64,000 bases of DNA from an uncultured cyanobacterium. GTDB taxonomy: Bacteria > Cyanobacteriota > Cyanobacteriia > Cyanobacteriales > CAWCAG01. The stretch is taken from the NCBI GenBank assembly GCA_963793425.1, contig CAWCAG010000005.1, positions 192,001 through 256,000 of the forward strand, read 5' to 3'. Positions 1 to 10,965 of this stretch are shown here, in pieces (the first letter of the stretch is position 1; every line of letters begins with the position of its first letter). Position numbers and translations under genes: made by a program. The notes under the pieces were generated by a model. It was not told the origin of the DNA. It saw only the letters and a program-made list of their open reading frames with translations, and ran no database searches.

Positions 1-2275
1 AAAAATAGATGATTATATTGATCTAAATAAGAATATCAACTTTGCTAGTATGACTTCATGCTTACAAATACTTAAGCAGAATATAACTACTCTAGCTGAT
101 GAAAAAGCCGATTTAGTAAAAAAGTCATTTCAACAAGATGATCTGCAAACAAACTTGCCTCCTGAGCAAAATCATAACGCATTTATCCTCAGTACTATTT
201 ATATTGGTCAGGTTTTACTCAACTATTTGGAGCGAAATTATTGTCAAGCTATCGAACTAGCTATTTCAATAGAAAAACTTGGTAATGATATCCCTAGATT
301 TTATTGGTTTTGCTTGAATAACTTATATTATAGTTTAGCATTGTTAGCTGAATATAAGCATCAGGATAAAACAAGACAAAAGCAAACCAAGAAAAAAGTA
401 AATTCTCTCCAACAAGAAATGAAAAAATGGGGACATCATGCCCCAAGTAATTATCAACATAAATATGATTTAGTTGAAGCAGAAAAAGCCAGAGTATTAG
501 GTCAAGAGCTTAAAGCAATGACTTACTATGACTTAGCTATTAAAGGAGCAGGAGAGCATGGCTATTTACAAGAAAAAGCCATAGCTAATGAGCTAGCAGG
601 AGAATTCCACCTAGAAAGAGGGCGGGCTAAAGTAGCCCAAGCTTATTTAATAGATGCTTATCATTGTTATTTAAGTTGGGGAGCTAATGCTAAAGTAAAA
701 GATTTAGAAAGCAGATATTATTCTTTGTTAGAGCAAGTTATCTCTTTAGAAAAGTCTCAAGATCCAACTATTCGTACTACGAGAGACTCAACTACAGGGG
801 CTACTTTAGCCTCCTTAGATTTATCTACAGTCCTTAAAGCCTCGCAAACTATCTCTGAAGAATTAGCTTTAGATAATTTACTGACTAATTTAGTTAAGAT
901 TTTAATGGAAAATGCTGGAGCGCAGAAAGCTCTATTCTTATTAAATAAACAAGGTAAGTTAGTATTAGCAGCTAAAGGATCAACAGAAACAGAACAAGTT
1001 AATGTATTACCTTTCATTACCGTTGAAGAACAGCTAGGCTTGCCCCTTAGTATAATTAACTACGTTCAAAGCACAAAGGAAAATGTGGTTTTGAGTAATG
1101 CCACCTCAGAAGGATTATTTTCTAATTCAAATTATGTACGAGAAAACAAACCAAAATCTATTTTGTGCTTACCTGTACTCAATCAAGGCAAATTGACAGG
1201 AATTTTATATTTAGAAAACAAAATTACTCAAGGTGCATTTACTAAAAATCGCTTAGAATTACTAAAGCTTTTAACTTCCCAAGTTGCTATTTCTATAGAA
1301 AATGCCTTACTCTATGATAATTTAACCGTAGCTAACTCTCAATTAGAAGAGTATAGTCATAATTTAGAACAAAAGGTACAGGAAAGAACTCAACAGATAG
1401 AAGAAAAAAATGAGTGCTTACACCAAACTTTGCAAGAATTAAGAAGTACCCAAACCCAGCTAATTCAAACGGAAAAAATGTCTAGCTTAGGACAGATGGT
1501 AGCTGGGGTAGCTCATGAAATAAATAATCCCGTCAATTTTATTTATGGTAATCTTATTCATACCAGCAACTATATAAAAGAGTTGCTAGATTTAGTAAAA
1601 ATTTATCAACAAGAATACCCACAACCCACAACTAAAATCAAAAAAGCCATCGAGACAATAGAACTCGATTTTCTGGTTGAAGACTTATTAAAAATGCTCA
1701 AATCCATGAAGTTAGGTAGCGATCGCATCCGCGAAATCGTCCTTAGCTTGCGTAACTTTTCGAGATTAGATGAGGTAGATATCAAAACTGTTGATTTACA
1801 CGAAGGAATTGATAATACTCTCTTGCTGTTACAGCATAGAACTAAAAAGAGTTCGGTTCACCCTGAAATTAAAATAGAGAAAAATTATGGTGACTTGCCT
1901 GCTATAGACTGTTATCCTGGACAGTTGAATCAAGTTTTCATGAATCTTTTTTGTAATGCTCTAGATGCTCTAAACTTAGAAACTAGAGATTGGCATGGGG
2001 AGTCACCTAAAATTTCTATTACTACAGCAATCAAAGATCATAACTGGGTAACTGTCTGCATTGCTGATAATGGTAGCGGTATAACAGAGTCAGCTAAATC
2101 CAAGCTTTTTGACCCCTTTTTCACTACCAAACCTGTAGGTAAGGGTACAGGTTTAGGATTATCAATTAGCTATGATATAGTAGTAGAAAAACATCGAGGT
2201 AGTTTACTTTGTAATTCTACAGTAGGACAAGGAACAGAGTTTACTATTGTTTTACCGATGCGACAGATAAAGTAA
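1..2275 (+). CDS. C-terminal part of a multidomain GAF-HisKA-HATPase sensor kinase (likely HstK-type Ser/Thr kinase-AAA-His kinase); 5' end outside window
   Basis: Frame open from position 2; helical region, GAF (LDLSTVLKASQ...LYLEN), H-box AHEINNP, N-box, DNGSG and FTTKPVGKGTGLGL motifs. Confidence 0.85.
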   Translation, partial: KIDDYIDLNKNINFASMTSCLQILKQNITTLADEKADLVKKSFQQDDLQTNLPPEQNHNAFILSTIYIGQVLLNYLERNYCQAIELAISIEKLGNDIPRFYWFCLNNLYYSLALLAEYKHQDKTRQKQTKKKVNSLQQEMKKWGHHAPSNYQHKYDLVEAEKARVLGQELKAMTYYDLAIKGAGEHGYLQEKAIANELAGEFHLERGRAKVAQAYLIDAYHCYLSWGANAKVKDLESRYYSLLEQVISLEKSQDPTIRTTRDSTTGATLASLDLSTVLKASQTISEELALDNLLTNLVKILMENAGAQKALFLLNKQGKLVLAAKGSTETEQVNVLPFITVEEQLGLPLSIINYVQSTKENVVLSNATSEGLFSNSNYVRENKPKSILCLPVLNQGKLTGILYLENKITQGAFTKNRLELLKLLTSQVAISIENALLYDNLTVANSQLEEYSHNLEQKVQERTQQIEEKNECLHQTLQELRSTQTQLIQTEKMSSLGQMVAGVAHEINNPVNFIYGNLIHTSNYIKELLDLVKIYQQEYPQPTTKIKKAIETIELDFLVEDLLKMLKSMKLGSDRIREIVLSLRNFSRLDEVDIKTVDLHEGIDNTLLLLQHRTKKSSVHPEIKIEKNYGDLPAIDCYPGQLNQVFMNLFCNALDALNLETRDWHGESPKISITTAIKDHNWVTVCIADNGSGITESAKSKLFDPFFTTKPVGKGTGLGLSISYDIVVEKHRGSLLCNSTVGQGTEFTIVLPMRQIK

Positions 2276-2331
2276 GAGAATGTAATTATCAACTGATGCA
2301 CGTTACGTCGAGGCGTTGTCATACTGAATTG

Positions 2332-2979
2332 TCAATCATCAAACAATCCTTTCTCATCAAGAAGAGGATAACTTGTGCCTTCTTGTTGATGCCTAGCAGC
2401 TATTTGTGGATAGCCCCACTCGAATAAAACTCGTTCATAGGTTTGCGAATCTAATTGCACTTTATCATATAAACCGGCTTGTAAACGCTGACGTTGCACC
2501 TCAAATAAAATAACCGCAGCAGCTACAGAAACATTTAAAGATTGCACCATACCTACCATCGGAATAATAATTTCCTTGTCAACTAAATTAACTGCTTCTT
2601 CACTCACTCCCCATCGTTCTGAACCCATTAAAATTGCTGTAGGTTGAGTATAATCTAACTTGCGGTAATCAACGGAGCGATCGCTAAGATGGGCAGCATA
2701 AATATGAAAACCTTTGTCCTTAAGATGCTTAATAGAGTCACCTATGCTGTCATGTAAATGTAAATTAATCCACTTTTCGCTGCCCCTCGCTGTACTATTG
2801 TAAGTAGGCATTTCGTGATCGCGATTAACTACATGGGCTTCAAATACTCCCACAGCATCGCAAGTGCGGAGAATAGCCGAAAAGTTGTGGGGTTTATGAA
2901 CATTTTCCATCAAAACAGCTAAATCTGGCTGCCGTTTATTTAATACTTGTCTGAGTTTTTGATAGCGTCTGGGAATCAC
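2332..2979 (-). CDS. trmH: tRNA (guanosine(18)-2'-O)-methyltransferase
   Basis: SpoU motifs ENVHKPHNFSAILRTCDAVG, GSERWG, IPMVGMVQSLNVSVAAA. Confidence 0.92.
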   Translation of the reverse strand: MIPRRYQKLRQVLNKRQPDLAVLMENVHKPHNFSAILRTCDAVGVFEAHVVNRDHEMPTYNSTARGSEKWINLHLHDSIGDSIKHLKDKGFHIYAAHLSDRSVDYRKLDYTQPTAILMGSERWGVSEEAVNLVDKEIIIPMVGMVQSLNVSVAAAVILFEVQRQRLQAGLYDKVQLDSQTYERVLFEWGYPQIAARHQQEGTSYPLLDEKGLFDD

Positions 2980-2997
2980 AGTTTTTTGTCTGAAAAA

Positions 2998-3885
2998 TCA
3001 AAGCCATTTCTTAATAACTTGGGAAGTGATTTCGGGTTGTTCTAAATGAGGAACGTGTCCACATTCTTTAACCCATTCAAGCTGACTATTGATAATTGCT
3101 TGTTGAAATTTAGGGGCAACTTTTGTACCGAGAATGCGATCATTTTCACCCCAAATAATTAAACTGGGTTGTTGGATTTGCCCTAGCTGCTTGAGAAAAG
3201 AACCATAACCACCGCTTTTCGTAAAAGCAATTAAAGCCTGGTCCCAGTTAGCAGATTTTAGGTGCAAAGCCCCACAAAGATAGGCATCTTGGTTAGCTAA
3301 ATTTTTATTGTAATATGCTGAACGACTAATACCTTGCCTCACCTTGGGGTTGCGTAAAAATTCCGTTGCCCAAATATCCAAAGGAGGAAACATCAACTTC
3401 CCCAACAAAGGGGGGTTAGCCAAGCCGGCACTATCCAATAATACTAACCTCTCAACTACTTCTGGGTAGGTAAGAGTAAAATCAAGGGCTGCTGCCCCTC
3501 CCATAGATGCCCCCAGCAGAATTACTGGCTGGCGAATCTCTTGCTTCCAGAAGCAATAAAGGTGAGTTTTAATCGCTTCTGGACTAAAAGATAAACCCCT
3601 CATCCTTTCTGTGAAACCAAATCCCCACAAATCCACAGCCCAGGTTTCTTGATTCTCCCCCAGCAAAGGTAACAAGCGGCGAAATTCCAACACTGAACTA
3701 TCAAAACCATGGAGCAAAAGTATTGGTGTTTGACCATTTCCTTGCTGGGTATAAGTTGTCAGGATAGATTGTGAGGTTAAGGGAGTGGCAACAGAGGTTT
3801 GTTGAATCTTTTTTACTAAACCAATAGAAGTTGCTTCTGTCAGGTTAGCAACTTCAGGAGGGAGGAAACTAGGGAACATAGGCAA
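2998..3885 (-). CDS. alpha/beta fold hydrolase
   Basis: LLHGFDSS, nucleophile elbow GASMGG, WGENDRIL, CGHVPHLE. Confidence 0.88.
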   Translation of the reverse strand: MPMFPSFLPPEVANLTEATSIGLVKKIQQTSVATPLTSQSILTTYTQQGNGQTPILLLHGFDSSVLEFRRLLPLLGENQETWAVDLWGFGFTERMRGLSFSPEAIKTHLYCFWKQEIRQPVILLGASMGGAAALDFTLTYPEVVERLVLLDSAGLANPPLLGKLMFPPLDIWATEFLRNPKVRQGISRSAYYNKNLANQDAYLCGALHLKSANWDQALIAFTKSGGYGSFLKQLGQIQQPSLIIWGENDRILGTKVAPKFQQAIINSQLEWVKECGHVPHLEQPEITSQVIKKWL

Positions 3886-3890
3886 GGTAC

Positions 3891-4799
3891 TTAATCCTCT
3901 AAGCCTTGAATATTTCCTAAATTAAAGAGGAAAGGTACACCACCTGGAGAGTCACTTCCTGAAACCAAAACTTTGGGCATTTGCGAACCACCTTGTCGCC
4001 AGGCTTCAATAGCTTCTTTTTGTAACACTAACTGCCCACCTTGGGCTTTGAGGGTTTCCGCTAATAATCGTTGTGCTTCTGCCCTACCTTTAGCGCGGTT
4101 AATATCTGCTTGTGCCTGTTGTTCTGCTTCTTTAGCAACATAAACAGCCCGGCGAGCCTTCTGTTCAGCAATTTGCTTATCTTCGACCGCTTTAGCAAAC
4201 TCTGGGGAGAAGTTCAAATCAACCACACTGGTATCAAGCACAATAATACCGTACTTTTTCAAGCGCTCTCCCAAGGCTTCATCAAAATCCTGCTTCAGTT
4301 CGCTTCTTTTGGTAATTGCTTCTTCTACAGTCCTTCTTGCTGCAGCAATTTTAAAAGATTCTTGAGTTTGGGGGGCAATAATTTTAGAAACAATATTAGC
4401 CAAAGTTCCTTGTTTCCTCCTAATTTCCACTACCCTACTAGGATCAAGGCGAAAGTTAATCGCAAACCTAGCAGAGAGGTTTTGCAGATCCTTAGTAGAA
4501 CTCTCAGCAGGAACCTCAAACTTTTGTACAGTTAGATCATAAATATCAACATTAGAAACCAATGGAGGGCGAACGTGAATACCTTCTAATAAGGCCCCAT
4601 CCCTGGCTTTACCCAAAATGCTAATCACTCCTGCTTGTCCTGGGTTAATAATTACAAAAGAATTAAAACTGATGAGAATAATTAATGCGGCAATAATACC
4701 ACCAACTAACGGTTGCCAGTTCTGTGAAGTTTGACTTCTCAAGTATCTATCTCCTAAATTGTTATCTTTCTTTACTATGGGAGTGTATTTTCCCATCAA
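3891..4799 (-). CDS. prohibitin / SPFH (band 7) family protein; true start may be ~4742
   Basis: N-terminal TM helix, SSTKDLQ, FSPEFAKAVEDKQIAEQ. Confidence 0.9.
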   Translation of the reverse strand: MMGKYTPIVKKDNNLGDRYLRSQTSQNWQPLVGGIIAALIILISFNSFVIINPGQAGVISILGKARDGALLEGIHVRPPLVSNVDIYDLTVQKFEVPAESSTKDLQNLSARFAINFRLDPSRVVEIRRKQGTLANIVSKIIAPQTQESFKIAAARRTVEEAITKRSELKQDFDEALGERLKKYGIIVLDTSVVDLNFSPEFAKAVEDKQIAEQKARRAVYVAKEAEQQAQADINRAKGRAEAQRLLAETLKAQGGQLVLQKEAIEAWRQGGSQMPKVLVSGSDSPGGVPFLFNLGNIQGLED

Positions 4800-5336
4800 A
4801 GATTACATCTAGATTCAGCATAAAGTGATTCTGGTTCAACCACAATATACTTAACTATTCGAGAATCGTCTTGAGCAACTCAGAAATGATTTCCTTCGCA
4901 ATTCAGGAAAAATGGCTCTATTATTAGAGGAAAATCGCCTTTTTAGACTTTAAAATTTAAAAAGGTGAGTAGGGATAGGAAGAATCAACTTCATTGATAT
5001 AGCTTTATCCTCTCGATTTAGCAGCAAATATCGCCTACCATCGAGATGATTAACCTATATTTTTCAGTTTCCTAGAGGTACTAACCACTCAATCACTTGA
5101 ATGGCTGACACGGAAGACCCATCTACTTAATTAAATTTGTGCATGAAAACTAACTACTTTTGAAAGCAGAAATTTTGTTTCTTGGTAGTTATTCTAGGGG
5201 TTGGGGGCATACTTTAATATACCTGTACCTCATTGTAAGGAGAGAGTGTTTGCGCCTAGGTTTGTGCAAATGTTTGATTTAGTCTAGAAATTGTATACGA
5301 ATGAGAAATTAGGGTAAAGATCGGGATTCATAAATA

Positions 5337-7646
5337 ATGGCAAGGCGATCGCTAAAAGCTTCTTCAGAAGGCATTAGAAAGGCAAAACAAGCATTTGAAC
5401 GTAAATGCTGGACTCAAGAATATCTAGCAGAAACCGTTGGCTTGCAAACTCGCCAACCGATTTGGAAGTTCTTTTCTGGCAAGCCAGTAGACCGTAATGT
5501 GTTTGCTGAGATTTGTTTTCAATTAGACTTAGAATTGGAAGAGATTGTTGCAATACCTAATTTTGCTCAAACTGCGGTAGAGAAAGTAGCTGAAGTAAAA
5601 AATGCTGAAACTGATGCTCTCAATGACTTAATAGCTAAAGTACGCTCAGAGCGAAAGGGCAAGATTCAAGATCAGTGCGGAACTCTCCGTTTATTAGATA
5701 TTGCTCGGCCCATAGAAATTGATGATCTTTATGTCAATGTTAATATCCTTGAAGAAATTACTAGCCAAAGATGGTTACAAATTTCTGATCTCCAAGGTTT
5801 CCAACCAGAAGAATTTGATCGCCTGGGTTTAGGGAAAATGCGCCAGTCTGGAGTCCCCGGACTAGAAGCTGTCAGGAAAAACCCCAAATTAATGGTTTTG
5901 GGTAAGCCGGGGGCAGGCAAAACCACCTTTTTACAATACATCGCCATTCAATGTAACCAAGGCCAATTTCTCCCTAAGCAAGTTCCTGTTTTCATCCGCC
6001 TGAAAAACTTTGCTGAAGATGCTAGCGATGAAGATAACTTTAGTTTTTTAGATTATCTCCAAGTTCAATTTGGTGTTTACGACGTTACCCCAGAGCAAGT
6101 TAAAAATTTGCTTCAGGAAGGAAAAGTGCTACTTCTTCTTGATGGCTTAGATGAAGTACCAGAAAATGCTAGCGACGAAGTTATTAAACAAATTCGTAAA
6201 TTCTCCGAAAGATATTATCAAAATAACTTAATTATTACTTGTCGTATAGCAGCCCAAGAGTATCGCTTCCAGGGCTTTACAGAAGTAGAAATTGCTGACT
6301 TTAGCCCGGAACAAGTAGAAGCTTTTGTCCAAAAGTGGTTTGTTACCGTCGTTCGTAATTCTCAAGATTTAGGTAGTAAAAAAGCCAACGCTTTCTTAGA
6401 AGAGCTTAATTTACCCGGAAATCGTCAAATCAGAGAACTAGCAGTAACTCCCATCCTCCTCAATTTAACCTGCTTAGTTTTCCAAGCCAAAGGTGAATTA
6501 AGTTCTCATCGTTCTGATTTATATCGCCAAGGTTTAGATTTATTACTCGTTCGTTGGGATGAAACCAGAGGCATAAAAAGGGATGCGGTTTATCGTAACT
6601 TATCTTTACCCGACAAACTCAAATTGCTCAGCCAACTTGCGGCGATTACCTTTGAACAAGGAGATTACTTTTTTGAAGCCAACAAAGTTCAACAACTGAT
6701 TGCTGATTATTTACTTACCTTACCCAATGCTCAAACTGACCCAGTAGCCCTTTCCTTTGATAGTTCCGCTGCCCTTAAAGCCATCGAAGCTCAACATGGC
6801 TTATTAATTGAACGGGCCCGTCATATTTACTCTTTTTCTCATTTAACCTTCCAGGAGTATTTTACAGCCAGGAAAATTGCCAACAGCACCGAAGAAGAAA
6901 GCTTAGAAGAATTAATTACCCACTTAAATGAAAAGCGTTGGCGAGAAGTATTTTTGCTAACCACAGAGATGTTACCTGATGCCAGTCTTCTGTTGAAGGC
7001 GATGAAACAGAAAGCCGATACTAATTTAGCTGGGGAAGCAGCTTGGCAAGAATTTTTCCAGTGGCTAGAAAATAAATTTTCCTCTGTCGATACCCCTTAT
7101 CACCCCGCCGCAGTCCGGGCTTTTTACTTAGTTCTTGCCCTTCCTGCGGATCATTCCTTTAACCGCAATCAATCTTTAGCTTTGGCTTTGGATAGTAACA
7201 TAGCTGGGGAACGCTCTGGAGATTTGCCTTTAGACTTAGCCCTTGCCAACCTTTGTTCGGTGGTTCAAAGTTTAACACCGGCTTTAATTTATAATCGTTT
7301 TTCTTCTTTAGAACTGGCCCTTGATTTGAACCAACTCCTTACCGATCAACCAATTTTGCAAAAAGGGATTGAGGGTTTGAGAAAGCAAGTCCCTGATAAG
7401 TCTCAAGGTAAGGAAATTCTCCAAAAATGGTGGCAAACTGAAGGGGAAGCTTGGTCAAATCAGTTAATTTCTCTAGTTAGGAAAAAGCGAAATCTTTGTC
7501 ACCAGTGGCATTTTAGCCTCAAGCAAAAACAGTTAATGGAGCAGTATTGCCAAGCAAATCAGCTACTTCTAGATTGTTTGAACAGTAGTTGTCAGCTCAC
7601 TGGTGAAGCCAAAAAAGAGATTGAGAAGAGTTTATTTTTAATTTAG
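5337..7646 (+). CDS. NACHT-domain STAND NTPase with N-terminal XRE-like HTH
   Basis: WTQEYLAETVG HTH; Walker A GKPGAGKTT; Walker B LLLLDGLDE; ITCR, TPILL, FSHLTFQEYF, WREVF. Confidence 0.9.
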   Translation: MARRSLKASSEGIRKAKQAFERKCWTQEYLAETVGLQTRQPIWKFFSGKPVDRNVFAEICFQLDLELEEIVAIPNFAQTAVEKVAEVKNAETDALNDLIAKVRSERKGKIQDQCGTLRLLDIARPIEIDDLYVNVNILEEITSQRWLQISDLQGFQPEEFDRLGLGKMRQSGVPGLEAVRKNPKLMVLGKPGAGKTTFLQYIAIQCNQGQFLPKQVPVFIRLKNFAEDASDEDNFSFLDYLQVQFGVYDVTPEQVKNLLQEGKVLLLLDGLDEVPENASDEVIKQIRKFSERYYQNNLIITCRIAAQEYRFQGFTEVEIADFSPEQVEAFVQKWFVTVVRNSQDLGSKKANAFLEELNLPGNRQIRELAVTPILLNLTCLVFQAKGELSSHRSDLYRQGLDLLLVRWDETRGIKRDAVYRNLSLPDKLKLLSQLAAITFEQGDYFFEANKVQQLIADYLLTLPNAQTDPVALSFDSSAALKAIEAQHGLLIERARHIYSFSHLTFQEYFTARKIANSTEEESLEELITHLNEKRWREVFLLTTEMLPDASLLLKAMKQKADTNLAGEAAWQEFFQWLENKFSSVDTPYHPAAVRAFYLVLALPADHSFNRNQSLALALDSNIAGERSGDLPLDLALANLCSVVQSLTPALIYNRFSSLELALDLNQLLTDQPILQKGIEGLRKQVPDKSQGKEILQKWWQTEGEAWSNQLISLVRKKRNLCHQWHFSLKQKQLMEQYCQANQLLLDCLNSSCQLTGEAKKEIEKSLFLI

Positions 7647-7771
7647 CGGTTTGATAGGGCAAGAATTAATAACCATTGAAGTGCAAAATTTTCTCCTGGC
7701 TTTCCCCAAATCATGCTGTCTCTTAAAGAAGAATAGTTTATAAAGTATTCCTCTATTGAACAACTGGAATT

Positions 7772-8239
7772 ATGGAATTTGTTAACACCAAGCAAGCAGC
7801 AAAAATATTAAAGGTTACTCCGAGGCGTGTCGTCTACTTACTGCAACAAAAACGCATCACAGGGGCATATAAAATTAAGCGGGCTTGGGCAATTCCTTTA
7901 TATAAAGGCAAGCCGAAGATTTCTCGTGGCAAAAGAGGGCCGACTCCTCGTTGGGGTAAACCTCGCTCGGCGGTAACCATGATTCAGGTTTTCAGGCAAA
8001 AGATTGATGGCAACAAAAAGGATAATACCTTTAACCCAGTAATTAGCGTAGACAGACATGATCTTAATCGCTGTGGTCACGAAGCAAAAATAAAAGGCCC
8101 TTGCCGCATCATTTATAGTCCTCATAAATCAAACAAGCATGGGGCGAGATTGTGGATCGAAACTTATTCAGAAGTGGATGTGTTCGATTGGTCAACGACT
8201 TTACCGATTGATAAAAGTCTGGTAAAAAGTCCTTTGTAA
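7772..8239 (+). CDS. excisionase-like HTH DNA-binding protein with uncharacterised C-terminal domain
   Basis: VNTKQAAKILKVTPRRVVYLL...GAYK...WAIP; C-terminal GPCRIIYSP...GARLWIET. Confidence 0.7.
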   Translation: MEFVNTKQAAKILKVTPRRVVYLLQQKRITGAYKIKRAWAIPLYKGKPKISRGKRGPTPRWGKPRSAVTMIQVFRQKIDGNKKDNTFNPVISVDRHDLNRCGHEAKIKGPCRIIYSPHKSNKHGARLWIETYSEVDVFDWSTTLPIDKSLVKSPL

Positions 8240-8300
8240 TATAGCTTTGGCTATTTTTTAGGGTAGGGAGTAGGGAGTAGGCCGCAAGGGTTAGAACAAA

Positions 8301-8332
8301 TAAAGGGGATCAGCTTAAGCTAATCCCCTTTA
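8301..8332. terminator. palindromic hairpin between convergent genes; probable bidirectional terminator
   Basis: taaaggggat-cagcttaagcta-atccccttta. Confidence 0.65.
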
Positions 8333-8375
8333 CCCCATAACTCAAAAAAAATGATTTGAGGTTAATTTAGTTGTT

Positions 8376-9104
8376 TTAATCTCTACCATTAATAGCAATT
8401 AACAGGCGGAGAATAAAGATGAACAAATTGATGTAAGTTAAATACATCGAAAGTGCTGCGGGGAGATACTGCTCATCTCTATAGGTACGGGGCAGAATAT
8501 AAAAATCAACCACCGCCAACCCAGCGAAAAGAAAGACACCAAGACCAGAAATAGCTACCTCTAACCAGCTTGGGGTATAGATACCAAAGAGGCTAAAAAG
8601 TAGTTGACCGATTAAAACTACAAATAGAGCAATTATGCCCAAGCTGACAGTTTTAGTTAGGGCCATACCATCTTCTTCTGAGAGGTTGGAACCAACTTGT
8701 CTAGCCGCTATGAAAGTTACGCCACAACCTAAAGCCGCAATACCGATACCGCCGATACCGACACCATTAGTTCGCAGGGCTACGAAAATCAAGCCACTGA
8801 GAGTATAGCCAGAAAGTAGGCTGTAAACGGCTAAAAGAGGTAAGGCTACGCTGTTGTTTCCTTTTTCAGCGACACCTCTAGCCACGAAAAAGAGAATTAA
8901 CTCGACAATCATCGCGCCGATGAAAGTTGGCATAAATAGTTCGGGGTAGCTTTTCATTACCCCCAAACCGCCATAGACTCCTACGGCTGTTAATACTAAT
9001 CCTCCACCTACAAAAGGCAAAGCATTGGCGATGACATTAGGGCCAACTAAAGATTGACCTCTAGCTTCTTTAATTGCATTGCGAAAGTTACTTGTACTGC
9101 TCAT
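8376..9104 (-). CDS. Bax inhibitor-1/YccA family membrane protein
   Basis: Multiple TM helices, C-terminal AALSMYLTYINLFIFILRLL. Confidence 0.88.
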   Translation of the reverse strand: MSSTSNFRNAIKEARGQSLVGPNVIANALPFVGGGLVLTAVGVYGGLGVMKSYPELFMPTFIGAMIVELILFFVARGVAEKGNNSVALPLLAVYSLLSGYTLSGLIFVALRTNGVGIGGIGIAALGCGVTFIAARQVGSNLSEEDGMALTKTVSLGIIALFVVLIGQLLFSLFGIYTPSWLEVAISGLGVFLFAGLAVVDFYILPRTYRDEQYLPAALSMYLTYINLFIFILRLLIAINGRD

Positions 9105-9344
9105 AAAAATTTTTGGAGTGTTGAAAGGTTTCTCACTAAAGGAGTTACTTATGTTTCTATTTTATTACTTGTCTTAGGAATAGGGGTCTTTCTTCAGTGT
9201 ATATATTGATGCAGCAAAAAAAATGATTTAGTATTTCCGTAAAAAAACTATGGCATAACAGGTTGGTATCTGAAGAAAATGAATATAGACTCACTAATTT
9301 GCTCCCTACTATTTTTGGTCTGCCTTACTGAGATTCCTGTAATT

Positions 9345-10112
9345 ATGACAAATCAGTCTCTTCCCGTTCGCGGAATGGAACTTTTGATTGCTTACTCTCG
9401 TAACCCTTCCCTAAAAGTTCGGAATAAGTTAGTTCATTTAAACACTGGTTTAGTGCGGAAAGTTGCTCACAGAGTGAGTAAACAATGCCCTGAACCCTAC
9501 GAAGATTTAGAGCAAATTGGCTATCTTGGTTTAATTCGCGCTATTGAACGCTTCGATCCTGACCAAGGCTGTGCTTTTAGCTCCTTTGCTGTCCCTTATA
9601 TTCGCGGAGAAATGCTCCATTTTCTGCGGGATAAGAGCAGCACAGTAAGAATTCCTCGTCGCTGGCAAGAACTTTGTGCTAAGGCTAAGCGGTTGCGTAA
9701 GGAATTGACCCAAACTCTAGGGCGCTTGCCTCAAGACCACGAAATAGCCCAAGAATTGGGAGTATCCGTTGGTGAGTGGCGCGAATGCAAGCTAGCAGTA
9801 CAAAACCGTCTTTTGCTCAGTCTTGATGCGACTATTGGTCACTCAGCCAATTGTCCTGTCACCTTGGGGGAAACTTTACTCGACCCTGAATATCAATCTA
9901 AACAAACTTCCCAAGAAGATAAGCTGCACCTGCAAGGGGCATTAAGCCAGCTAGAAGAAAAAACCCAAGCAGCTATTGAGTTAGTGTTCTTGCGGGATTT
10001 ACCTCGTAAAGAGGCTGCCAAACGTATTGGCGTTAGTCCAATGACCGTAACGCGGCATATCCAAAAAGGTATCGACCGTTTAGGAGAATTACTAGAACCT
10101 CAAGCTGCTTAG
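9345..10112 (+). CDS. sigF: RNA polymerase sigma factor SigF (group 3); ORF track starts at 9279
   Basis: EPYEDLEQIGYLGLIRAIERF, FSSFAVPYIRGEMLHFLRD, region 4 GVSPMTVTR. Confidence 0.9.
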   Translation: MTNQSLPVRGMELLIAYSRNPSLKVRNKLVHLNTGLVRKVAHRVSKQCPEPYEDLEQIGYLGLIRAIERFDPDQGCAFSSFAVPYIRGEMLHFLRDKSSTVRIPRRWQELCAKAKRLRKELTQTLGRLPQDHEIAQELGVSVGEWRECKLAVQNRLLLSLDATIGHSANCPVTLGETLLDPEYQSKQTSQEDKLHLQGALSQLEEKTQAAIELVFLRDLPRKEAAKRIGVSPMTVTRHIQKGIDRLGELLEPQAA

Positions 10113-10114
10113 CA

Positions 10115-10888
10115 TTAATAATGCTTATGAGTTAAAGAGTGGGGTTTTTCTAGACCGTGAGATTCCATCAATTTCTGGTCTGCCATGACTTCTTGGGGTT
10201 TGCCATCGGCAATTATTTTGCCTTCATCTAAGAGCAAAACGCGATCACAAACTTCCAAGATTAGCTCTAGATCATGGGAAGAAATAGCTAAGGTTTCTGG
10301 AGAATGTTGCAGAAACTCAATTAAGCGTCGTCTTGCCCGCAAGTCCAGGTTCGCGCTGGGTTCATCATACAAGACTAACTGTGGCTGCATGGCTAAAACA
10401 GTGGCGATCGCTGCCATACACTTCTCTCCCCCAGATAGTTGGTGAGGAACCCTATCTACAAGATGTTCTACTCCTGTAATTGCTAAAGCTTGTTGTACCC
10501 TAGTTTCAATTTCCTGGGCAGAAAGGCCCATATTCTCCGGACCAAAAGCGACATCATCCCTTACGCTGGTGCAGAAGAGTTGATCATCAGGATTTTGAAA
10601 TACCAAGCCAATTTCCGGGCGAAACTCCCCTGCTTCCATCGGTTTGTCGAAAAGCTTGATTGTTCCGGCAGCAGGAGCTAAAATACCGCAAATGGCAAGA
10701 AACAAGGTGGTTTTACCTGCTCCATTTGGTCCGATTACCCCAACTCTCTCCCCTGGAGAAATGCTCAGATGGAGGTTTTGCCAAATCAATCTCCCGTTAC
10801 TATAAAAAAAGCTGACATCTTCAAGAATAAGTGCTGCTTTCTCATGGGTTTTGATGACAATTTGTTGATTCGGCTGTTTAGTTACCAT
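10115..10888 (-). CDS. cbiO: Co/Ni ECF transporter ATPase
   Basis: GPNGAGKTT, VFQNPDDQLF, LSGGEK, DEP; operon with cbiQ/cbiM. Confidence 0.88.
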   Translation of the reverse strand: MVTKQPNQQIVIKTHEKAALILEDVSFFYSNGRLIWQNLHLSISPGERVGVIGPNGAGKTTLFLAICGILAPAAGTIKLFDKPMEAGEFRPEIGLVFQNPDDQLFCTSVRDDVAFGPENMGLSAQEIETRVQQALAITGVEHLVDRVPHQLSGGEKCMAAIATVLAMQPQLVLYDEPSANLDLRARRRLIEFLQHSPETLAISSHDLELILEVCDRVLLLDEGKIIADGKPQEVMADQKLMESHGLEKPHSLTHKHY

Positions 10889-10965
10889 TGGTTAAAAGTT
10901 AAAGGTCAAAAGTCAAAAGTCAAAAGATGTAATCTGTAGCTTGCTGCCAAGTTAGGGACGTTTTT

